From: an uncultured Candidatus Bathyarchaeia archaeon
GTDB lineage: Archaea > Thermoproteota > Bathyarchaeia > 40CM-2-53-6
Assembly: GCA_964559555.1 (NCBI GenBank)
Contig: CAZLHM010000005.1
Coordinates: 8,188 to 72,187 of the forward strand
Direction of reading: 5' to 3'
DNA length: 64,000 nt
Part shown: in pieces, positions 57,572 through 64,000 of the stretch
How positions within the stretch are numbered: the first letter of the stretch is position 1
How the letters are laid out: each line of letters begins with the position of its first letter
Translations under genes and position numbers: made by a program
The notes under the pieces: generated by a model
What the model was told of the DNA's origin: nothing
Database searches by the model: none
What the model saw: only the letters and a program-made list of their open reading frames with translations

Positions 57572-57744
57572 TCAGCGAACACCGCATCCGCCACGTAGAA
57601 GCTCAGGCCAATATAGAAATTTCCATGCACCGTGTGCAGACGAGCTTCTTTCATTCGAGCAGACAGTCTCGGTCCAAGTACAGCAGCAAGCTCAACCTAG
57701 TCTGATCGGGCCTATCTGCAATCTAGAGAAACATCGCTGACCTA

Positions 57745-59025
57745 TCATATATTCGTCCGAGGAGCGACGGGAACTACCTCTCCACATTCCAGCACTCCGA
57801 CACGGGCTCGTTCTCCGTGCCGTTTCAGAGCGATTTCGATCGCCTCCTCTATCGTCGAGGCGTGCTCGAATCCCAGATCGACCTTATCTTCCTCCGTGAG
57901 CCCAGTCGAATAGCAGACAATGTTCGCATGTTCACGCATTTGCGCATGCATCAGCAACGCTCCTGCTACCGGTAGGTCTTCGATCTCGTCTCTGTCGACT
58001 GCCTCCAATAGCGAGGCGTAGCTCTCTGTCGCCCGGTTCCTGAAGCTCGGATGGGTCGGCGAGATGCGCTCAGGACAGGGCGTGATGAAGACGATAGTTC
58101 CACCTTTCCTGACACCGACGTGCGCAAAATCTAGCGCCTTCATGGCCTGCCAATAGTCAATGTCCGCTGGGTAGGTGGAGAAAACGATCACATCAGTGAG
58201 TTCAGGAACAACCCTACAGAACACCTGACGCGCGGTCTCGACTCCGTCACGAAACGCTTGTTCAGGATCGCCGGCAAATACGCGGACAACCCTGTCCTCG
58301 TTGTTGAGGACAGTATTGACTATGGCCTTCAGACCTGCCTTCCGGGCGATTGTGTTGATGTCTCGCCTCATGGGATTGTCGGCCGTTGCGACCAAGCTGC
58401 CAATCGGCTTGACTCTGCCTGCCGCGATGTGGAGTATGCCGACGGATTCTTCGCCGCACACGCCGGGGAGGATCATCTTACCGCCACCACCCCAACCTGC
58501 CGCGTTGTGAGGTACAATGTTACCCACACTCACGACCAAGTCCGCGTCGACAACAGCTCTGTTCACAAGAGCAGGAATGCCAAGCTCAGTCGTTCCTAGA
58601 TTCACCAGCCTCCTGTCGTCTCTGAAGTCATGATTGGAGACCCCAAACCGTTCAACGACTTCTGGCCCCAAGTGATCTAGGATCTCTGCATCCGTCATGG
58701 GCCTATGGGTTCCTAGGCCGATCATTATCTTGATATTATCCTCGTTAGCACGGCTTGAGCAGAGCTCCCTCAGAACTACTGGCAGAATCTCTTTCTGTGG
58801 AGTCGGTCTAGTCAGGTCATCGACGAGGACAATGATGCTGTCATTTTTCTTCGCTATCTTGTTCAGAGGAGGCGTTCCCGTAGGATCCCTTACCGCCTCT
58901 ACGACCGAGTTGCGCACATCTGGAACTGATGGCAGGCCCTTTCGCTTCACGTAAAAGGCGACGTTCCGATCGGGTATGTCGAACTTCACTTTCTGATGGT
59001 GCCCATAGGGGAGGGTGAAGTGCAT
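57745..59025 (-). CDS. larA: LarA-family nickel-pincer-nucleotide racemase/epimerase
   Basis: DDLTRPTP, GLGTH, VPH, GWGGGGKMILPG and a downstream His. The specific substrate is unknown. Confidence 0.88.
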   Translation of the reverse strand: MHFTLPYGHHQKVKFDIPDRNVAFYVKRKGLPSVPDVRNSVVEAVRDPTGTPPLNKIAKKNDSIIVLVDDLTRPTPQKEILPVVLRELCSSRANEDNIKIMIGLGTHRPMTDAEILDHLGPEVVERFGVSNHDFRDDRRLVNLGTTELGIPALVNRAVVDADLVVSVGNIVPHNAAGWGGGGKMILPGVCGEESVGILHIAAGRVKPIGSLVATADNPMRRDINTIARKAGLKAIVNTVLNNEDRVVRVFAGDPEQAFRDGVETARQVFCRVVPELTDVIVFSTYPADIDYWQAMKALDFAHVGVRKGGTIVFITPCPERISPTHPSFRNRATESYASLLEAVDRDEIEDLPVAGALLMHAQMREHANIVCYSTGLTEEDKVDLGFEHASTIEEAIEIALKRHGERARVGVLECGEVVPVAPRTNI

Positions 59026-59080
59026 TTCCAGTTCCTTCCTATAGCGCGCTTTCTTGATCGATCAGTGCCGGTGTGCTTCT

Positions 59081-60559
59081 TCACTGAATGCTCCGCGCTG
59101 AGGACTTTCTGACCATTTTCTCGCAAGCTTCTTTCAGGATCCTGTCCATTTGTTCTGTCGTCTCCTTCGGAAGCGACGGTACCTTGTGCTCGGCAAGGAC
59201 CTTCTTCACCTTCAGCTTTGCCTCCTCCCGAGCGCTCAATTGTCCCCTAGCTTTCCAGTCTGCTATCGCTTGACGATTGAAGAGTTTCGGATGTAGGATC
59301 TCGCCTTTCTCGAGATACCTACGTGTGTGCTTCTCGGCCATGAAGTGTCCTCCAGGCCCAAGTCTCCGAATGAGATCGACCGCCAACGTGTCATCATTGA
59401 CCTCGATCTGGATGAGAAGTCGCTGGATGTAATTGACGATCTCGTCGCAGATGACGCCCATCTCGAGGCTTCCCGAGGAGCCGTGCGCCATTGTTCCGCA
59501 GTTGTGGATTAGGTTGATTCCGGCGGCGGCGTTCAAATAGGCATTCATGAACGCTTCTGCACCAGCTTGCGCGTCTGGGCATTTTGAGTCAGTCCCCCCA
59601 CCCGATCCAAAGGTTGGAAGATGATAGTAGTCCGCCAGTTGCCCGACGATGAGCCAACCGAGTCCCCACTCTGGCGCGCCGTAGCACACACTCCCAGTAC
59701 GCATGTCGATGACCGATGTGTGAATACCGTAGAGCATTGGCGCGCCCGGAGAAACTAGCTGAGCAAGTACGACACCAGCCAAGCACTCCGCGTTACAGAC
59801 CGCATGCTCACCCGCCAACGTTATTGGAGCAGAGGCACCGGGCATCGGACCCGGCGCATATGCCACCGGGACGCGTGCCTTCGCAAACTCAATTACACCT
59901 TCGTTGATCTCTGGGATCACGAGTGGGGTTATCGGCTCGCTGAAGAGCGTCACTATGGGGCGACGAGCGAGATGCTCCAAGCCTCCGGTGACGGCTGCCG
60001 CTAACGAGAGTAGATACTTGGCCCCTTCTGCACCAGCAGCGGCATACACGATCGGCTTCTCTGTGTTCTGCAACATGAGCGAAGCCTCGTGAAGCCATGC
60101 GATCTCATGCGGCACGTTCGACGCACCGCCGAGCGACATGACGAAAGACATGTTCGGCAGTGCATCGCCGAGAATCGTTGTTCTTATGACATCCTGGCTC
60201 GTCGAAAGTCTGAATTCGCCACTGTCAATGTCCAACGTGTACGGTGTAGGTGTGCCTCCAAGACCGAAATAGATGCGCCCGCCCTCAAGTACGATATCGT
60301 TGGTTTCGGTTCTTCCACCCAAGACTATCTTGCGTGGTGCCTTACTCAAAGAATCCTTGACCAAGTGTTCCGGTATTCTGACCCTACTGGTTGCCGGTTC
60401 CACCTCGGCTCCCCCTGCCCTGAAGACCTCGATTATCCTCTGAGACTTCACCTCTACGCCAACTTGGTCGAGAATCTCAAGAGATGCTCCATCGATCGCT
60501 TGGATGTCAGAACGTGAAAGAGGACGGATTGCTCCTCCGCGGATTCCTCGCCTGACCAT
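59081..60559 (-). CDS. mttB: MttB superfamily methyltransferase, non-pyrrolysine (copy 3)
   Basis: GASAPITLAG, DMRTG, GAPE, YHLPTFGSGGGTDSK.PDAQAGAE, GPGGHF. Confidence 0.9.
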   Translation of the reverse strand: MVRRGIRGGAIRPLSRSDIQAIDGASLEILDQVGVEVKSQRIIEVFRAGGAEVEPATSRVRIPEHLVKDSLSKAPRKIVLGGRTETNDIVLEGGRIYFGLGGTPTPYTLDIDSGEFRLSTSQDVIRTTILGDALPNMSFVMSLGGASNVPHEIAWLHEASLMLQNTEKPIVYAAAGAEGAKYLLSLAAAVTGGLEHLARRPIVTLFSEPITPLVIPEINEGVIEFAKARVPVAYAPGPMPGASAPITLAGEHAVCNAECLAGVVLAQLVSPGAPMLYGIHTSVIDMRTGSVCYGAPEWGLGWLIVGQLADYYHLPTFGSGGGTDSKCPDAQAGAEAFMNAYLNAAAGINLIHNCGTMAHGSSGSLEMGVICDEIVNYIQRLLIQIEVNDDTLAVDLIRRLGPGGHFMAEKHTRRYLEKGEILHPKLFNRQAIADWKARGQLSAREEAKLKVKKVLAEHKVPSLPKETTEQMDRILKEACEKMVRKSSARSIQ

Positions 60560-60574
60560 GATTCCCAGCCTCGC

Positions 60575-61228
60575 CTATGCTATTCCTAGTACCTTCTTGG
60601 CCAGTTTCACCGCGTCGACCGCATTTGGGGCATATCCGTCCGCGCCAATGTCCTTTGCCCACTTCTCAGTAGCTGGCGCTCCCCCTACGAGCAACTTGTG
60701 TTGATCACGTATCTTACTCTTGACAAACTCGTCAATCACATCTCTCTGCACGGGAAGCGTCGTGCTCAGAAGCGCTGATGCCCCCACAATTCCAGCTCGA
60801 AGTTCGGTTGACCGAGCGACAAATGCCCCAACTTGAACGTCAGTTCCCAAGTCTATGACCTCAAAACCCGAGGCAAAGAGCATGGCTGCAACGATGTTCT
60901 TTCCTATGTCGTGAATGTCACCCGCCACGGTACCGAGCACAACCTTGCCGAGGGATCGCTGAATAGTGCGAGACTTTTCCATCGCGGGCCGTAGTACCTT
61001 GTCCAAGGCTTCCTTGGCCGCCGCCGCGGCACCCACCAAGTCTGTGAGAAACGCGTCTCCTCTTTCGAACCTCTCACCAACCTTCTTCAGTCCCTTCGCG
61101 ATGCCAGCCTCAACAGCGTCGGCGGGACCGATTCCCGCATCAATCGCGTGCTTCGCAAGCACGACTACCTTCTCGGGATCCATCTCTTCTACCGAACTGG
61201 CGATTTCATCGAGAATCTGTTTGGACAA
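60575..61228 (-). CDS. Corrinoid protein 2 (MttC-like)
   Basis: GDIHDIGKN, SALLSTT, VGGAP. TTG 61228 is preceded by an AGGAG SD. The longer ORF-track extension is antisense to the next gene. Confidence 0.9.
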   Translation of the reverse strand: MSKQILDEIASSVEEMDPEKVVVLAKHAIDAGIGPADAVEAGIAKGLKKVGERFERGDAFLTDLVGAAAAAKEALDKVLRPAMEKSRTIQRSLGKVVLGTVAGDIHDIGKNIVAAMLFASGFEVIDLGTDVQVGAFVARSTELRAGIVGASALLSTTLPVQRDVIDEFVKSKIRDQHKLLVGGAPATEKWAKDIGADGYAPNAVDAVKLAKKVLGIA

Positions 61229-61364
61229 CGAAACTCCTGACAATGGGAACAGGTCAATCACCATTTCTCTGTTTCGCATGCCCAGAACCAGGGAGCATTG
61301 ATTCGGGGACCTAAGGCTAATATTCGTACAGCCTGAACTCTTTGGGCGGAAGGAAGCAGGACGG

Positions 61365-62018
61365 ATGAGTTCAAAGACCGAAGTCATCGAGAAACTGAGG
61401 ACCGCTGTGCTTGAGTTCGATGTTGATCGAGTTCGAGCGGTCGCTGAAGAGGCTGTGCATCTCGACATCGATCCGGTCGAGGCCATCGAGGATGGACTCT
61501 CGAAAGGCGTGCGCACAATCGGGGACAGATTTGCAGCAGGCGAAGCGTTCCTCACTGAACTCGTCATGGCAGGCGAAGCCATGAAGGCGGGAGTCGAGGT
61601 GCTGAGGCCCATTATACTGCAACGGAAACTGCAGCGTAAGAGTACTGGAATTGTTGTGATCGGAACCGTTCGTGGCGACATTCACGACATAGGAAAGAAC
61701 ATCGTGGCTGTCATGTTGGAAGCGGCTGGTTTCGAAGTAGGCGACCTCGGCGTCGATGTGCCTCCGGACAGGTTCGTTGACAAGACCAAAGAGACGAACG
61801 CACAGATCGTTGGCATGTCAGCGTTGCTCACCGTGACCACACCCGAGCAGAAGATCGCTATGGAGGCGCTTGAGAAGGCGGGTCTGCGTAAGAACGTTAA
61901 AGTGGCCATCGGCGGAGCAGCAGTAACCCCAGAATGGGCGCGTGAGATAGGGGCCGAAGGCTATAGCGACAACGCTGTGGACGCGGTGGAGCTATTCAAG
62001 AAGCTCGTGGCTTCTTGA
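61365..62018 (+). CDS. Corrinoid protein 3
   Basis: GDIHDIGKN, MSALLT, IGGA. Confidence 0.92.
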   Translation: MSSKTEVIEKLRTAVLEFDVDRVRAVAEEAVHLDIDPVEAIEDGLSKGVRTIGDRFAAGEAFLTELVMAGEAMKAGVEVLRPIILQRKLQRKSTGIVVIGTVRGDIHDIGKNIVAVMLEAAGFEVGDLGVDVPPDRFVDKTKETNAQIVGMSALLTVTTPEQKIAMEALEKAGLRKNVKVAIGGAAVTPEWAREIGAEGYSDNAVDAVELFKKLVAS

Positions 62019-62065
62019 GTCCGCACGCGCGTCTTATCATCCGCAAGAGCCTGCTTACCTTGTCT

Positions 62066-63493
62066 TCAAAACTTCGCTTCGAACTCTCTCACAATTCGGG
62101 CCAGCGCATCTTTCGCATTTGCGGGCAATTCTCGTGGATGGTGTTCGCGCAGGATCTTCTTGGCCTTTTCCTTTGCGACCTTGACGATGTCCGGGCCTCC
62201 TCTGTTCATCCACCGACCAAAGGACGAGCGACATGAGATGTCAGGGATCCAGTGCTCGCTCTTGAACTGCTTCAGTGTGTGAGGTTCCTTGAGGAACTGC
62301 CCTCCGTGGCCAACCTTCTGAACGAGATCCACCACGAGCGCCTCGGAGTCAGCCTGCATTCCCCTAACCACTCTTTCCAAGTATCCGCAGATCTCGTTGT
62401 CAATCACTAGTTGCTCGTAGCTGACGATCAAACCTGTCGAGAACATCCCTGGGTTTAGCATCAAGTCAGCTCCTCCCAAGTAGATTGCGAGACCCGTCAT
62501 CGCCTTTTCCCACGCCGTCTGTTCATCGTGAACGTGTGCGTCGGTGTCAGGTCCTGCGGAGAGACATGGCAGACCATACTGCTTGGCTACCTGAGCGCTG
62601 GCGATCCTCATTATCGTGCCTTCGGGGGTGGCGATTACCGCGTTACCCTCGCGCATATCAAGAACGGTAGGAACATACCCATAGATTACGTGGGTCCCAC
62701 TTCTGACGAGCTGCGCGATCACGAGACCTGCGAGAGTCTCAATGTTCTGCAGAAGAAGCACGCCGGCAAGTGTGATTGGGGCAGTGATACCTGCGATCGG
62801 TTGAGAGATTATGTGAAGGGGGACGCCGGCAGCAGCCGTCTCCATCAGCGTCTCGATCGCATTCTTCTCCCATCGCAGAGGACTTGTGGGCGAAGCCATG
62901 GAAGTGATGGGAGGCTTGGAGGAGAGGTCACTTCGCTCCGAGGCGATCCTCGCCATCTCAAATACCGCTCGAGCGACTTCCGCGTCAGAGGGGGAGAAGT
63001 GACAATGCTTGGACGTGTTGTTCAGGATGACCTCGACAGCATGAGGTTCAGCGGATCTCGCTGACACGTCCTGCGGAATGGCCTCGGTCCCGACGATATG
63101 GATGTTGGGCAGGGCATCTGCGAGCTTCGCGAAATCTCCAACATCACGTTTCGTGGATCGCCGGCGTTGCCCTGTTTCTGAGTCCAACGTATAGGTTGCA
63201 TCGAAGCCGCTAATATTGTAGGTTCTCTTTCCTTCAAGCCTGATGTACGATGCCCCTGTCCTGTCATACAGATCGAGAGGACACTGAATGCTTGATGAGA
63301 TGGACTTCCTGACAAGGTCTTCAGGGATCTTCGCAATTCCTACCTTGTGATCGACTTGAGCACCGGCGGTAGCTAGCAGTTTACAGGCCTTCTCGTTCGC
63401 AATGGAAACCCCAACTTCGGAAAGAACATGCATCGTAGCCTTGTCGATCTCTCTGACTTCGTCTGGAGAAAGAACCGTCGCTCTCAGATGCAT
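62066..63493 (-). CDS. mttB: MttB superfamily methyltransferase, non-pyrrolysine (copy 4)
   Basis: TSPL, GITAPITLAG, DMREG, YGLPCLSAGPDTDAH..DEQTAWEK, VGHGGQFL. Confidence 0.9.
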   Translation of the reverse strand: MHLRATVLSPDEVREIDKATMHVLSEVGVSIANEKACKLLATAGAQVDHKVGIAKIPEDLVRKSISSSIQCPLDLYDRTGASYIRLEGKRTYNISGFDATYTLDSETGQRRRSTKRDVGDFAKLADALPNIHIVGTEAIPQDVSARSAEPHAVEVILNNTSKHCHFSPSDAEVARAVFEMARIASERSDLSSKPPITSMASPTSPLRWEKNAIETLMETAAAGVPLHIISQPIAGITAPITLAGVLLLQNIETLAGLVIAQLVRSGTHVIYGYVPTVLDMREGNAVIATPEGTIMRIASAQVAKQYGLPCLSAGPDTDAHVHDEQTAWEKAMTGLAIYLGGADLMLNPGMFSTGLIVSYEQLVIDNEICGYLERVVRGMQADSEALVVDLVQKVGHGGQFLKEPHTLKQFKSEHWIPDISCRSSFGRWMNRGGPDIVKVAKEKAKKILREHHPRELPANAKDALARIVREFEAKF

Positions 63494-63761
63494 CTGGGCA
63501 CCTTCAAATCCTTTCGTACAACGGCCTGCGTTGCATTGAAAAGCTTTCGACCCGGTTGTCGCGCGCTGGTCATTGATCGCTTCCTGTAGGTCTCTTTCAC
63601 GAAATCATACGATCCCAAGAGAGAAGCGGTGACCCGAAGCCAACCCTTCGAAAGCACACCACGCGAGCACAGGTGATCTCAGATTCTGCTTGCCGGACTG
63701 GTTATTGTTTCGGGTTCTCTACATTGGCTGGGACCTGACTCAAACCTAGGTAGCGTTTCGT

Positions 63762-63776
63762 CGAAAGTTCCTTATA
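63762..63776 (+). promoter_or_regulatory. BRE/TATA promoter of the permease
   Basis: CGAAAGTTCCTTATA, with a GGTGA SD before ATG 63817. Confidence 0.55.
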
Positions 63777-63816
63777 CCTACCGCGCGGGGGTTTCTTCAC
63801 GAAAAATGGTGAGAGA

Positions 63817-64000
63817 ATGACGAGCAAACCAAAGGTCTTCGTCAGAGAAGCAACAGGACTTGTTCGAGAGATCGGTGTCCGTGACCATGCGTTGACCGCT
63901 ATGAACGGCGTCGTTCCGATGATGGCAATCGCATTTACGCCATTCTGGATCTATCTTGCGATTCCCGGTGGCGACCCGACAGTGGGCATAGTGCTTGGCT
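63817..64000 (+). CDS. APC-superfamily amino acid/amine permease, N-terminal fragment running off the window
   Basis: Manual translation MTSKPKVFVREATGLVREIGVRD... FVRxATGLVRE is a typical archaeal APC N-terminus and is followed by a hydrophobic TM1. Confidence 0.8.
   Translation, partial: MTSKPKVFVREATGLVREIGVRDHALTAMNGVVPMMAIAFTPFWIYLAIPGGDPTVGIVLG

Noticed and set aside
61229-61681. N-terminal extension making a 368-aa corrinoid fusion protein
   Set aside because: Most of it is the antisense shadow of corrinoid gene 61365-62018. TTG 61228 has a good AGGAG SD and gives a normal 217-aa protein.
10220-63493. Pyrrolysine (TAG) or selenocysteine read-through in methyltransferases
   Set aside because: All four MttB ORFs are full length with no internal stop, and no pyl or sel genes are in the window.
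50218-63493. Evidence of methanogenesis
   Set aside because: There are no mcr, mtr or hdr genes in the window. These methyltransferase families are common in non-methanogens.
1-64000. CRISPR arrays, IS elements, integrases, prophage or defence genes
   Set aside because: By eye I saw no regularly spaced repeats, terminal inverted repeats or transposase/integrase motifs.

Overview
Gene-dense archaeal DNA, judged from BRE/TATA promoters, GGTGA/GGAG Shine-Dalgarno sites, many TTG/GTG starts and F420-type LLM enzymes. The gene content resembles Bathyarchaeia, which is an inference. The first ~10 kb is mixed: a 2-oxoacid dehydrogenase E1 pair, a Gly/Tyr/Pro-rich small protein, an HhH-fold protein, an unusually large transaldolase-family protein and inositol-3-phosphate synthase. 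From ~10.2 kb to the end lies a ~54-kb catabolic island that interleaves two gene sets. The first is a corrinoid-dependent methyl-transfer toolkit: four pyrrolysine-free MttB-superfamily methyltransferases, three corrinoid proteins and three UroD/MtaA-fold proteins. The second is sugar, amino-sugar or cyclitol and amine catabolism: a Tat-exported sugar ABC importer with an asymmetric ATPase pair, three Gfo/Idh/MocA dehydrogenases, three TIM-barrel isomerases/epimerases, three class III aminotransferases, four amide hydrolases, two F420-type LLM oxidoreductases, a LarA-family nickel-pincer racemase, an amine dehydrogenase, PdxA, HPS/KGPDC, a second E1a/E1b/E2 cluster, and an APC permease at the edge. 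I found no rRNA, tRNA, CRISPR array or mobile element. All calls come from motif recognition in the translations, with no database searches, so substrate assignments are hypotheses. The best candidate for an undescribed system is an anaerobic demethylate-then-degrade pathway for methylated amines or (amino)sugars/cyclitols, including a corrinoid-MttB-LarA operon.
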